Shown in pieces: positions 1 through 12,775 of a DNA stretch of 64,000 nt; position 1 is the first letter of the stretch, and every line of letters begins with the position of its first letter. Made by a program: the position numbers and the translations under genes. The stretch is from assembly GCA_026770705.1 (NCBI GenBank), contig JANJGN010000036.1, positions 2,418,001 to 2,482,000 of the forward strand, written 5' to 3'. The DNA is from Isurus oxyrinchus. Its lineage: Eukaryota. Below the pieces are notes generated by a model. The model did not search any database. It had not been told where the DNA came from and saw only the letters and a list, made by a program, of their open reading frames with translations.

Positions 1-808
1 GAGAGGGAGGAGAGAAAATGTATTCATATATAGAACACTCTGATCCCTGTGTGTGTGTGTACATTTCTGTGTGAGAGGGAAATAGTTCATTAATATAAGG
101 CAAACTCTGACCTGTGCATGTGTGTGTGAGAAAAAATCTCATGATACATAGATCTCGCTGATCTGAAATCGGACTGGACGCCAAAAGTCAATCACGAATC
201 ATTTTAACTTTAACTTAAATTATTGATTAAAACACGTGTTCCAACAACTTCTTATTCCCATAATTCCCTGCCCAATCTTAAAATCCCTTTGCTGACATTG
301 TAACAGTGACTAGGTGAAAAATAGTTCGTTGCTTATTAATCTTTTGGGCGCCTTGGGGGGCGCTGAAGGCTCTGGAAGAAACTCAAAGAATCAGAGGCTG
401 ACCCAGCAAAATAAGAGGTCATGCGGCTCCTCACGCCTCTGCTAGCTCTTGTAAGAGCTTTCCAAGTAGTCCCACTCACCGCCTCTGCTTGCAAAGCGCT
501 GCAAATTTTCCCTTTCAAGTATTTGTCGACTGTACACTTTTGAAAGTATCTATAGAATCTACGTCCACCTGCCTTTCTGGAAGCCTGTTCTTTCATAATT
601 TAATTTATAATTTGACCCTGATTCTCTCGTTATTTTCTCCCGGTGCAGTTCAATTCCAAGTCTGACTCAGTTAACAATTCTGGATATAAATTGATCAGAT
701 CAAAATTTACGAAATGGGGATTTGACATCCGCTGGAGAATGATGTCGCCTCTAAATTAATAATAATTGAAACAATGTGACTTAGAGAGAGAGAGGGGGAA
801 TCACTTAC

Positions 809-845
809 TCCGAACATTCAAGGTGGTCCCACCTCCGAAGATCCA
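809..845 (-). CDS. Ig light-chain J segment (WIFGGGTTLNVR), germline, unrearranged
   Basis: Minus strand reads TGG ATC TTC GGA GGT GGG ACC ACC TTG AAT GTT CGG A|GTAAGT: FGxG motif, phase-1 splice donor, preceded by a 23-RSS. Confidence 0.93.
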
Positions 846-884
846 CACAGAGCGGCGGTGCAATCGGACGGGTCATCTGAAACT
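846..884 (+). promoter_or_regulatory. J-flanking recombination signal sequence, 23-bp spacer (non-consensus)
   Basis: Heptamer CACAGAG (846-852), exactly 23 bp spacer (853-875), degenerate nonamer TCTGAAACT (876-884), directly abutting the J coding end. Confidence 0.85.
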
Positions 885-1070
885 CAGGCTGCGGGGAAAA
901 GTACAGGATGAAATATTAATAACCTCTCTTTTATCACATTCCCTGTCACATTCTGCCTTTCACATGGGCTCGAACACATAGAACAAGAGAGATATTTCAA
1001 AAATAGCGTGAAACCCTGATAATAGTCATCGTTACTGACCAGGGTAATATTGAGAACCGCTATTGAGAAA

Positions 1071-1078
1071 ATGCAAAT
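1071..1078 (-). promoter_or_regulatory. Octamer motif in the V-J intervening DNA
   Basis: Perfect ATGCAAAT (ATTTGCAT on the transcribed strand), same orientation as the V promoter octamer; function not shown. Confidence 0.35.
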
Positions 1079-1203
1079 TAACCCTTGGAATCTCAGTTAA
1101 ATTTCTCAAGAACTTACACAAGGAACACTTTGGAAGTTGATGACATATTCTCGGCCAGGAACACTCCAGCTGCTGTTATAATTCTGAGCGGTTTTCTACA
1201 TAC

Positions 1204-1231
1204 AGTTTTTGTATGGCTCTGTCTCACTGTG
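1204..1231 (-). promoter_or_regulatory. V-flanking recombination signal sequence, 12-bp spacer
   Basis: Minus strand: CACAGTG + AGACAGAGCCAT (12 bp) + ACAAAAACT, immediately after the V coding end. Confidence 0.96.
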
Positions 1232-1557
1232 CACGCCTGCTGAGCTATCCCAGACCTGACAGTAATAGACGGCGGAGTCACCGGACTCCAGGCTTCCAAT
1301 GGTCAGAATGAAATTGTTCCTGGAGGTGTCTCTCGAAGGTTGAAAACGGTCGGTGAAGCCGGTGCCTCGAGAGACGCTGCCATCTTTGCTCTGATATAGC
1401 ACCCAGACGGGAGCTTCACCGGGTCGCTGCCGGTGCCAGTACACATAAGCGCTTCCCACATTCCCGTTCTGCATCCCGCACTGTAATCGGGCGGTCTGAC
1501 CAGCGGAGACTGGGTCGGAAATTGGGACTTGATTGAGGACGAGAACCGCCAGGACTC
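1232..1557 (-). CDS. Ig light-chain V exon, most like cartilaginous-fish sigma-cart (type I/NS5)
   Basis: Open frame GVLAVLVLNQVPISDPVSAGQTARLQC...YWHRQRPG...DSAVYYCQVWDSSAG with both canonical Cys and Trp; pyrimidine-rich acceptor (ttgaag|ga); 12-RSS. Isotype call rests on my recognition of the VLNQxPISDPVSAG / MQNGNVGS framework and the V12/J23 cluster layout. Confidence 0.92.
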
Positions 1558-1703
1558 CTTCAATTAAAAAGAGACAAAAGAAAACATTCAATAACCTGCA
1601 GCAAATGTGTCGTTAATGCATCAATAAACATGGGTCTTTACCGGACCGTTCTCGGTGTTTAACGGATTCTCTGTAATCAAAACCCGCTCCTCCAATATCT
1701 GAC

Positions 1704-1752
1704 CTGTTAAATGGAGCAGCAGAGCCCACACGAGATGCAGCACTGGAGCCAT
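1704..1752 (-). CDS. Ig light-chain leader exon (MAPVLHLVWALLLHLT-G)
   Basis: 49-nt hydrophobic exon, ATG at 1752, phase-1 donor G|GTCAG, joins the V exon in frame across a 146-bp intron. Confidence 0.9.
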
Positions 1753-1849
1753 TTCCTCTGGATAAGCGCCTGCCCAAATTTCCCACTGTAGCGGTTGCTG
1801 TCAACTCCGAGAGCGGCTCCGGTTCCAGTGCCAGTTATACCCGACACTC

Positions 1850-1878
1850 CAGCTCCATTTATTAAGCAGAATGCAAAT
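1850..1878 (-). promoter_or_regulatory. Ig light-chain promoter: octamer ATTTGCAT plus TATA-like element
   Basis: ATGCAAAT at 1871-1878 (ATTTGCAT on the coding strand, light-chain orientation) about 120 bp upstream of the ATG; TAATAAAT just downstream of it. Confidence 0.85.
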
Positions 1879-2289
1879 GAGTGGGAGCGGCCAGGGAAAC
1901 GGTGCCGGCAAATTTACATTTCGAGTTGTTTTTTTGGCTGGTAAAGTTATTGCCAAAATCTTAACCTTTGATTTACAAATATTTAATCTGCAATTGGAAT
2001 TTTTGTTTTGGGAAGATTCCAATATTTCTAAGATCATTGCATATATACATAAATATTATATATATTTATATATTTCTGCCTCCCCTGAAGATTATCTCAC
2101 TTCACTGTTACAAAATTATTTAACAAATATGCATGTGCTTTCAAATTAATATCTCCCACCAACCCATCCATCAAGAATTTAATGCATTTCCCTTTGGTCC
2201 TCAAGCAATTGATACAAATTAGATTGAATCTCACTTTTAGAAAGACGAATCAAAACTCAACGTGGAGACATTGAGATATACACCAGGCA

Positions 2290-2640
2290 GATTTGGAGTC
2301 ATGACAGAGCCTTATTGAAACATGTAATATTCTAGGGGCGGTGGGATTTAACAGGGCAGGTGCAGCGAGAATGCTTCCCTTTGTGGGGTCACAATTTCAA
2401 ATTAAGGGGGAAACAATTTGGAAATTAGATGGGGTTTCAACTGCCAACAGTGGAGCCTGGGTCATTGGCTATGTTCAAAGCTGAGTTAGATATACGCTTG
2501 ATTTACAAGGGAGTCAAGGGTTATGGGGGCAGGCAGGTAAGTAGAGGTGAAACAACAACCAGATCAGCCATCATTTTATTGCCTGGTGGAGTGGGCTTGA
2601 GGGGCTGAATAGCCGGCTCCTGCATGTGTTCTTATGTCCC
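2290..2640 (+). mobile_element. CR1-type LINE 3' end fragment
   Basis: Typical shark CR1 3' terminus (gttcaaagctgagttagata...agatcagccat...ggggctgaatagccggctcctg...ttcttatg); boundaries approximate. Confidence 0.7.
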
Positions 2641-3139
2641 AGAAACTTCTGAACCTGCCGTCATTTAAATCACACAGGGTTTGCATGGAGAACTACACAC
2701 ATTAATATGAAGCAATGGAAAGGCAAAATGTCATTTAAAAATATTGTGCCAACTTTTAAAGGCCGTCTAGTGCTTTAGAATGAGCGACTCAGGCTATGCT
2801 GTATCAAATTCCCTCTGCTCAGTATCAGGATCTATCATGTCATTTTCCCCATCCCTATGCAGAGTTATTCAATCTCTCTGGGAGTTTCAGCTACTTAATT
2901 AAGAATCTGGTTTTCAGAAGATTGAATTAGTTGCTTTTCATGGAGCGTTATAAAGACGCCTTCCTCAGTACTGTTTTACTCTGCATTGAGAGCTGGTGAA
3001 TGAGAGAGCTATAAGTATTAATTTCTATCCAAATGGAGATTGTTTCCCTTTTTTTCCCCTTTAATTTAGCATTTAAGTAACATTACTCCATAAGTTAGAA
3101 GTTAAGTTTTATTCCGGCCTTAAAACAGGGGTATGCAAG

Positions 3140-5350
3140 CTTTCTGGGAGAGCTGCAGCTATTTAATTAAGTAGCAATATTAAGCTGGATTTCAGATAAC
3201 CGAATTAGTTGTTTTCCAGGGTGCATAAAATGAGGACTTCCTCAGTGCTGCCCTGTTGCACTGAGTGCTGCCTTGTGTGCACAGTGTGTGAAGTGAGAGT
3301 TGGTTGAGAGAGGGAATTCAGTGAAGAGGGTCAGGAGATGATCCTTTCTTTTCTACCTTTTTTGAGCCTCCAGTAGCCGGCTCTTACTGTGGTTCAGGAA
3401 GGAAAAAAGCTGACCAACGAGTTACTGGTAAAGTATTCTGTTCTACTTATTCTAACTGTAATAAATAGGTTTTGTTAAAGATATGGTTTGGAAGGTCAGG
3501 TGTTCCGAGAGGAATGTACGTCCTGTCATGTGGGAAGTCAGGAACATACCATATGTCCTTGACAAACACATCTGCAGGAAGTTTCACCAGCTGCAGACGC
3601 TTGGGCGCTGTGTTTCAGAAGGCCAGTGCTGACTGGAGCCACTGATGTGCAGAGGAGTGCGTGGGTAGCAGGTTTAGTGGCTTTATCAGGCCGCAGGTTC
3701 GGAGTGAACAAGCAGGGAGGGAATGGGTGACCGCCAAGCAGTCTAAGAGAGTCTAAGAGAGCCAGGCAGGCAGTTCAGGAGTTCCCTGAACCTACCTTGC
3801 TTCGTATCCTTTTTTTTAAAAATGGATGCTGTGATGGAAATGGTTTGTCAGGAATGCGATGAGACCCAAATCTATGGCAGCACAGGTGGCTGATCTACAC
3901 CAGACGGGAGGAAGGAGAGTGGAAGAGCAATGCTTACAGAGGATTCTACAGCCAGGGGATCAGACAAGCCTTTCTGCAGCAGTTAACGTTACTGCAGGGA
4001 GGCGTGATGCCTCCCTGGTGCCGGGATCAAGGATGTCACGAGCAGCGGTAGGGCATCCCCTTCTGGGGGAAGGTGAACAGCCAGGGATCGTCACCCACAT
4101 TAGTACCAATGATATAGGAAGGAAGAGTGAAGAGGTCCTGAAAACAGATTTTAGTGATTTAGGAAGGACTTTATAAACAGGACCTCAAGAGCAGTAATCT
4201 TAGGATTGCTCCCAGTGCCATGTGGTCGTGAGCTCGGGGATAGGAGGACAGATCGATTGAATGCGTGGCAGTAGAATTGGTGTAGGAGACAGGGAATCAG
4301 ACTCCTGAGGCGTTGGGACTGGTTCTGGGGCAGGTAGGACCTGTATAAACTGGACGCATTACAGCTTAACAGGATTGGCACTAATATCCTGGCAGAGAGA
4401 TTTGCTCGGCTGTTGGGGAGGTTTGAAACTAGCTTGTCAGGGAGATGGGGACCTGAGGGGTAAGTCAAGTTGGAAGGACATCAAGCCCGTAATGGGAAGT
4501 TGGAAATTGGCAAGTGAAATTAGAAGGCATGTGAACGAAGGGCAGCATCAATTAAGCTTAGAATGTGGAAAAATTTGTGTCAAAGACACAAACTTAATGG
4601 CTCTCTACCTGAATACACCAAACATTCCCAAGAAGGTAGATAGTTTAAAGACTCAAATAGAGGTAAATTGGTATGATCGGATTGTCAATGCATGGCTGCA
4701 GTGTGAGTAAAATCTGGGGCCGAATTTAATATTTTCAAGTTCACAAAGCTAATTGGAAAGTTTGTTGCGAGGAAGAGGAAAAGTGGCTTCATGATGATTG
4801 GTTAGACTTGGTGAGTGGGCAAGGACACAGCAGGTGGAACAGCATTTGGAAAAATATCAAGTCATCTAATTTGCTTAGAGGAACAGATGTGCTTAGTATT
4901 TCTTAAATGGTAAGAGATTTGAGAGTGTAGATGTACAAAGGGCCCTGGGTCTCCCATCCAATATGTCCCTGAAGGCTCACATGTAGGACCAGCAGGCAAT
5001 TAGGAAGGCTAGTGTAATTTTAGCCTTTATCACAAGATGATTTGAGTACAGGGGTAGTGAAGTCTTGCTTCAATTATATAGAAGCTTAGTTATATCTCAC
5101 CTGGAGTAGTGTGTGCAGTTTTGGTCCTCTTACCTTGGGAAGGATGTTACTGCCATAAAAATAATGCAAACAACGTTCACCAGGCTTGTTCGCGGGATAA
5201 CAGGATGATTCTATGAGCAGATATTGGTGAAACTTGGCTTGTGTTCTCTGGAGTTTAGAATAATGAGAGGTGTGCTCAGTGCATCATATAAAATAGTTAA
5301 ATGGGTAAGAGAGGGCAGATGGAGGAAAGATGTTTCCCCGATTTGGGGAA
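3140..5350 (+). mobile_element. Degenerate CR1 LINE with 5' region, ORF1 (esterase/GDSL-like) and internally deleted ORF2
   Basis: ORF 3859-4176 carries IVTHISTNDIGRKSEEVL (CR1 ORF1 esterase-like); 4590-4710 resembles the endonuclease start; 4740-5350 resembles the RT C-terminus; many stops. Confidence 0.8.
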
Positions 5351-5689
5351 TCTGGAAATAAACAGTGGGCTTCCCCCGGGGACAGTATTTTATGCATAAT
5401 AATGATCTGGAATTTGTCACATAGGCATAATTGTAATGTTTTTAAAAGATACACTTGTGAGTGCAGTACATGATGAGACAGTAAGCAATGGATTTCAAGA
5501 GGGCAGAGGCAGACACATAGCAAATCACTTTTAAAACAGAAGAATTAAGTGATACATTTTATTTGGAAGTGTTGGAAAGGCAATGAAAATAAATGCTGCA
5601 GCTTTAAAAGAAGATGCAGGAATAAACACAAACGACAATCTGACAGGAGAAATTCCTCCTCATTTCTAATAGACACCGAGTGCGGCAGC

Positions 5690-8600
5690 TTTGAATGTGG
5701 CCGGATAAATTAAGACGATTTTTTCAAAAACAAAAAAAGATCCCTTGTCTTTAAATAACAGAGGAATTGAATACAAAAAAAAGCACAAAAGTTACGTTTA
5801 ACCTTTGTAAAACACTGGCTAGGCCACAAATGTAGCATTGTGTACAAATATGTCCCCACACTCTGGGGACTAGTCAAGGCCTTGGAGACGGTTTAGATGT
5901 GATTTGCCTGCTTGGCTCCATGAATGAGGAACGTCAGTAGTGTGGAAAGACTTGAAAAATTGTGTTTTTCTCCTGAAAGCACAGAAAATTCAGAGGAGAT
6001 TTGATAGAGCCTTTCACCTGCTGCAGACTCTGTTACTGTGAACAGTCACCTACTTTAGAGGGACTGACTGTGAACAGTCACCTAATTTAGAGGAAGTGAT
6101 TGTGAACCGAGGTGCCTATGATAAAGTGGCTAACTGTGAATTGAGACACCTGCGATAGAGAGACTGACTGAACAGAGACACATACTGTGGGGGGCGAGAG
6201 GATGAACAAGGAACCAAATGATATGGAGATTAAACAGGAAAGTGGAGTCGAGGTAGTAAGGACAAGTCTAGCGAGTACAGAGATCTCCAGAGGGGCCCAG
6301 AGTATCACATGTGTTAAAGGGGTCGATCCCTCAACCCAACATCAATTGTGTGCGTTGTCTTCAGAGAAAATGTTTCTTCCCATAACGAAGAGAATAATTA
6401 GAGGTCATCAATATAAGACAGTAACTAATAAATGCAATAGAAAATTCAGGAGAAACTTCTTTACCCAGAAAGTGGTGAGAATGTGGATGTCACTACCAGA
6501 GGGAGTGGCTGGGGTGAATAGTAGAAGAGTTTTCTAGGAAATTAGACAACCATTTGAGGAAAAGGGTTGTTGTTATTTTAAGATTTAAATGGGAAAAAAT
6601 GGGGCAGGCTTGAGTGGAGACTGAACACCAGCTTGGTCTGGTCGGGCAGAATGGCCTGTTTCTCTGTTGTACACTCTTTCTAATCCTGTGTAACAATTAA
6701 TCATGCAATGGAAAGAAGGGAAAAACAGTTTTTTTTTTAAGTTTAGGGGCCAGTCAATGTTGGCATTCAGAGGCTATTATGAGTGTCCATGTGCACAAAT
6801 CACAGGCAGTTAACATTCAGTTCAGCAAGACTTTGGCAAATACTATGTCAGTCTTTATTTGCAAGGGCATTGGAATGTAAAAGTAAGGAGGTATTACTGC
6901 AATTGTACAGGGCTGTGTTCAGATCATATCTGGGCACTTTCAAGGTGGAAGGTGTGTCAAGTGGAGTACAAAAAGGAACAGTGCAAAGGCCTCAACTAAT
7001 TACAAACTCTATTCATGACTGAGCTGAAGAGACCGAGAATAATATATCTAAGTTTGATGACAATGTAAAGCTTTGTCGGAATGCAAACTGTGAGAAGGAC
7101 ACAAAGAGGCTGCAAAGAGCTATAATCAGTTTAAGTAAGTAGTCAACAAGGTGGCTGAAGGGACATAATATGGGGAAGTGTGACGTTATTCACATTGGTT
7201 GCAAATATAGACAAAAAGGCACATTCCTTTGCTTCTCCTCGTCCAAGGGACTGAGATCAATCTATTTTTGGACTCTAGGGGAATCAAGGGATCTGGGGAC
7301 AGTGCGGGAAAGTGGAGCTGAGGTAGGAGATCAGAAGAGAACTTACTGAATGGTAGACTAGGCTATAAAGGCTGAAAGGCCTCCTCCTGTTCCTTTTCCT
7401 TCTGTGGAGACAGAACCTAACATGTCAAATGGTTTTGGAAAAACTGGATGTCAGGCAGGGGTGGAGTTAAGTCAGAGCAATACATTTTATTCATGTTTGG
7501 ATCACGCTGCTGGTTTAATTTATGTGTGAGTTGTGCTCGGTTTGCAGTGAGCTGTTTGGCTGGTGTGTGCTACATGTTATCAGATCGATGTTAATGGAGG
7601 GCCAATCACTCATGCTGCATCTTGCAACCCTCTTTTCCAGAGATCAGACACCAGCAACAATTGGGGTCTCTCTTCCTTGGACAGGATTTCCACACTAACT
7701 CAGTGGCTTTTGATGGGATGTTGTACGGTGATCAGTTGTTCTGAGGGTGGATGTGGCATTATCTACGCAACCTGCAGGTGATGACGGCCTGAGCCATTCA
7801 TCCCTTGATCTGTGTTATCCCTCTGAAGTAGCTCCCCCCACCCCACAGCCTTTAGTCTAAACTCCCCTCAGCTCTTAACCTGTTCTTTTCGAAATACTGA
7901 TCAATTTCCTTTTAAGAACTATTCGCAATTCTGTTCCTAGAGAGCAGGTCCCTGACCAATAACCAGTTGCCTAAAAGAAATTATAATCTCCTCTGCCTCG
8001 ATTATTTTTGGCAATGATTTTAACTCAATAGTGGCCGATGTAACCATCTCTGAAGAGAGCTTGGATGGAGGGGGGCGGTGATGATAAAAAGCTCTGACTG
8101 AAAGTAGGCAGTAATGAGGAGATAAAGAGTCTGCAAAGGGAGCTAAACTGCTCAGTTAATTGGGTGAGAAAGTGGCAGATTGAGTGTAATGTTATGAAAT
8201 TTGACGTCTTGCTTGGGGGTGGGAAGAATAGATACACAGGGTCTTTGTAAAAGTTGAGGGACTTGAAAATTCTGGTACTCAGAGGGATTGGATGCCCTTG
8301 TAAACTTAACGCAGGAAACGAACAATCAGGGACAGCAAGCAGATTAGGGAGGTAAATAGTTTGTTCAGGCTCATTGCAAGGAGGGTTGGAGTTTAAGGGG
8401 AAGGGGAATCTTAGTGTAATTGTAGAATGTGTTACTTAGACAGTACCTGGAATAATGTGTGCAGTTTTGCTCTACTTACCTTAGAAAGGATGCACTTGCC
8501 TGAGAGGGAGTGCAATGCGTGTTCACTGGATTGATTCCGTGGATGAGAGGATTGTCATATGATGAGATAGAATAGAATGGTTCTAAATCCTCAGGAGTTT

Positions 8601-9090
8601 AGAAGAAATATTGGTGATCTCATTGAAATGTGTAAAATTCTCGAAGAGTTTGACTGGGCAGATGTTGAGAGGCTGTTCCAGCCCCATTATCCCCAGCCCC
8701 ACAAACCGGTCTCCCTGCCTTGGCTGGTGTGTTCAGGACACAGGATCACAGTCTCAGAATTATGAGTCAGCTACATAGGGCTGGGTTATGGAGAAAATTC
8801 TTCACTCAGTGTTGTGAAGCTTTGGAATTCTCCATCTCTGGGAGCTGTGAGTGCTCAGTCACTAAGTATATCCAATGTAGAGATACGAGAATATAGAGTT
8901 GAGTGACTGCGTATATTCAAAGCTGAGATCAATCGATTAATGCACACTAAGGGAGTTAAGGGATGTGGAGATAAGGCAGGGAGGTGGCGTTGAATTAGAC
9001 GATCGCCCATAATCTTATTGAATGGTGGAGCAGGCGCAAAGGGCCAAAAAGCCTCCTCCTGCTCTAGTTCCTGATGTTCTTTTGTGTGAA
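5690..9090 (+). mobile_element. Several stacked, degenerate CR1 ORF2/3' end fragments
   Basis: Peptides such as RGHQYK...FRRNFFTQKVVRMW and ECKSKEVLLQLYRA; repeated CR1 3' termini near 6690, 7400 and 9080. Confidence 0.75.
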
Positions 9091-9639
9091 TGGTAGTGTG
9101 GGGTATACAATAAGTATTGATGATTTAAAGACTGCTTTCGGCCATCAAACATTTATCAGTCCAGTTGAACCCACGTCAATGATGATTCACATTTTCCAAC
9201 AACCAGGCCCCAGTCTGTAGCTGAAAGCGGCACTGAAAGCACCTCAGCCCCTCTCCATCCACTCACACACAACGTGGCTAGTGCTTCAAATGTCTTATTT
9301 TAGCTCCCGATACCGAACGGTTGCTGTTTTTGGCCTGTTTGTGAAGTAGTGCAGGTGTTGTGGTCATTCACCTCAGGGCAAAGGGGGAGAGCGTCACAGG
9401 AGGAGGAACTGAAACCTTTCTGTTCACTGGGCGATTAGCAGCCAAGGGTGACAGCATCTGTCCCCAGCTTCCACTCTCTGAAATTTCACAGAAGCGGCTG
9501 TGGTTTCACACAGGAAAAGGACAGAAATCTCAGAGGCACATTTGAACCCGATATTCTTGCACACCTTGCACTTTACAGAAACTGACAACCCAACGTGTGC
9601 CGGGCCGCACAGAAAACAACCAGCAAAACTCCTATTATT

Positions 9640-9870
9640 TATCCCCTGGACTGTCTCACTCTTCACTTCTCGACTCTGTTTCCAAACAAACCTGCCTCAT
9701 AACCTAACTCGCACCAAGTATCATTCACTCATCAAACCACCCCAGCCTGTGGTCCCTGCTCTGCTTTGGCTCGCAGTTATGCTATGCTTTGATTTTAAAC
9801 TGTTCATCTTGCCGCTTTGAAATCCCACTAGTCCCTCTCCCCTCACTCTCTCTGTAAAAGTGTTCCAGCC
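9640..9870 (+). mobile_element. L2-type LINE ORF2 C-terminal fragment
   Basis: Degenerate match to the L2 ...LTRTK..HITPVL..LHWL.V..R.DFK.L.L..KS..GL.P.YL segment (ORF track: NLTRTKYH...PVVPALLWLAV...FDFKLFIL). Confidence 0.6.
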
Positions 9871-10825
9871 CCTACACACCACCCTGATCCTGTAACCTCC
9901 TCATGCCCCCATACACCTCCCTATCTCTGTGACCTGATCAAGCACTGCAGCCCTTCCTATCTCTGTAACTTTATTCAGCCTCTCGCACACCCCCTATCTC
10001 TGTAACATCCTCCAGACCTACATCACTCCCTATCTCTGTGAAATATTCAAACCACTACAACCCTCACTATCTCTGTAACTTTANNNNNNNNNNNNNNNNN
10101 NNNNNNNNNNNNNNNNNNNNNNNNNNNNNNNNNNNNNNNNNNNNNNNNNNNNNNNNNNNNNNNNNNNNNNNNNNNNNNNNNNNNNNNNNNNNNNNNNNNN
10201 NNNNNNNNNNNNNNNNNNNNNNNNNNNNNNNNNNNNNNNNNNNNNNNCGTTCTCCCAAACCTATATCACTCCCTATCTCTTTGGGCTTCCTCCATTTCCT
10301 AAAATACTCCCTCTCCTTGTAACCACCTCAGAGCAGTACACTCCTCAGAATCTCTGGAATCCTCAAGACACCAACTGTTTCTGTAAACACCTTCAGTCCT
10401 TACAACCCTCCATATACCTGTAAATTCCAATAGCCCCTACACCACTCCCTATCTCTGTAATGCACTCCAGTGCCAAAAACTCTCCCTATCTCTATAAACT
10501 GATGCAGCAGCTACAATGCTCCCTATCTCTGTGACTTGATTCAGCCACTGCAGCCCTCTTTATCTCTGTAACTTTCTTCAGACCCTACATCACTCCCTAA
10601 CTCTGTGAATTCCTCCATCCCCCACAATCCTGCCTGCTAATTCTTTAACTTTCTCCAGCCCACACCCCCCAAACACCCCGGTCTCAGTATCCCTGCTCCA
10701 GCCCCTACACACCTCCATCTCTGTCTAACCTACTCGAACCCCTCTAATGCTCCTTATTCCAGTACCCTCTGCAACCAACACAACTTTCCCTCTGCATGTA
10801 ACCTTCTCCAGCCACTGAAACAATA
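9870..10825 (+). repeat. Diverged ~36-bp minisatellite (ccctatctctgtaac.tcctccagcccctacaac); contains assembly gap 10084-10247
   Basis: Many recurrences of ccctatctctgt(a/g)a; the array resumes at 12780-12960 after the CR1 insertion. Confidence 0.8.
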
Positions 10826-10829
10826 CATA

Positions 10830-12775
10830 TTGGCCAGAAAAAAGCAACAGACCTGAGGATTGGGAGCAGTTTAGAATTCAGCAATGGAGGACCAAATGAT
10901 TGATTAAGAAGGGGAAAATACATTACAAGAGTAAGCTTGCAGGGAACATAAAATCTGCCTGTAAAAGTTTCTAGAGGTATGTGTAGAGAAAAAGATTGGT
11001 GAAGACAAATGTAGGTCCCTTACAGTCAGAAACAGGGGAATTCATAATGGGGAACAAAGAAATGGCTGACCAACTAAATACATACTTTGGTTCTGTCTTC
11101 ACAAAGGAGGGCACTAATAACATATCAGAAATGTTGGGGAACACAGGGTTTAGTGAGAGGGAGGAACTGAAAGAAATCAGTATTAGTAGGGAAATGTTGT
11201 TGGGGAAATTGATGGGATTGAAGGCCGATAAATCCCCGGCACTTGATAATCTACATCCCAGAGTAATTAAGGAAGTGTCCCAAGAAATAGTGGCTACATT
11301 GATGGATGGTCATCTTATGAGATTCTATAGACTCTGGAACAGTTCCTACAGGTTGGAGGGTAGTTAATGTAACTCCACTATTTAAAAAGGGAGGCAGAGA
11401 GAAAACAGGGAATTATAGACGAGTCCGCCTGACGTCGGTAGTGGGGAAAATTCTAGAGTCCATTATAAAAGATTTAATAGCTGAACACGTGGAAAGCAGT
11501 GGCAGAATCGGACAGGGTCAGCATGGATTTATGAAAGGGAAATCATGCTTGACAAATCTACTGGAATTTTTCAAGGATGTAACTAGTGGAGTTGATGAGG
11601 GGGAGCCAGTGGATGTGGTTTATTTGGACTTTCATAAGGCTTTCGACAAAGTCCCACATAAGAGATTAGTGTGTAAAATTAAAGCACATGGAATTCGGGT
11701 AGTGTATTGAGATGGATAGAAAAATGTTTGGCAGACAGGAAACAAAGAGTGGGAATAAACGGGTAATTTTCCGAATGGCAGGCAGTGACTAGTGGGGTAC
11801 CGCAGGGATCGGTGCTGGGACCCCAGTTATTCACAATATATATTAATGAGTTAGATGAGGGAATTCAATGCAATATTTCCAAATTTGCAGATGACACAAA
11901 GCTGGGTGGGAAGGTGAGCTGTGAGGAGGATGCAGAGATGCTTCAGTGTGATTTGGACAAGCTGAGTGAGTGGGCAAATGTATGACAGATGCAGTGTAAT
12001 GTGGATAAATGTGAGATTATCCATTTTGGTAGCAAAAACATGAAGGCAGATAATTATCTGAATACCGAGAAATTCGGAGCGGAGAATGTGCATCGAGACC
12101 TGGGTGTCCTTGTACTCCAGTCGCTGAAGGTAAGCATGCAGGTGTAGCAGGCGCTAAAGAAGGCAAATGGTATGTTGGCTTTCACAGCCAGAGGATTCGA
12201 GTACAGGAACAGGGATGTCTTGCTGCAATTGCACAAGGCCTTGGTGAGACCACACCTGGAATATTGTGTGCAGTTTTGGCCTCCTTATCTGAAAAGGATG
12301 TACTTCCAATAGAGGGAGTGCAGCAAATGTTTACCCAACTGATTCCTGGAATGGCGGGTCTGCCAGGAGAGATTGATTTAATTAGGATTATATTTGCTGG
12401 AGTTCAGGAGAATGAAGGAGGATTTCATAGAAACCTATAAAATTCTAACAGGACTAGAAAGCGGCAATGTCCAGAATCAGGAGTCACAGTCTGAGGATAT
12501 GGGGTAGACCATTTAGGCTGAGATGAGGACAAATGCCTTCACCTAGAGAGTGGTGATCCTGTGGAGTTTGTTACCACAGAAAATAGATGAGACGAAAAAA
12601 TTATATATTTTCAAGAAAAATGTAGATATTGCTCTTGGGGTGAAAGGGATCAAAGGATATGGGGAGAAAGCGGGAGCAGGCTATTGAATGATCAGTTATG
12701 ATCATAATGAATAGTGGAGCAGGCTTGAAGGGCAGAATGGCCTACTGCTGCTCCTAGCTTTTATGTTTCTATGAT
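10830..12775 (+). mobile_element. 5'-truncated CR1 LINE (ORF2 reverse transcriptase to 3' end), relatively young
   Basis: ORFs with QHGFMKGKSCLTNLLEFF, VDVVYLDFHKAFDKVPH, SGVPQGSVLGPQLFTIYIN, ISKFADDTKLGG; CR1 3' tail ending ttttatgtttctatg. Confidence 0.95.

Noticed and set aside
1-800. Ig light-chain C exon
   Set aside because: No C1 motifs were seen on the minus strand; it must lie left of the window.
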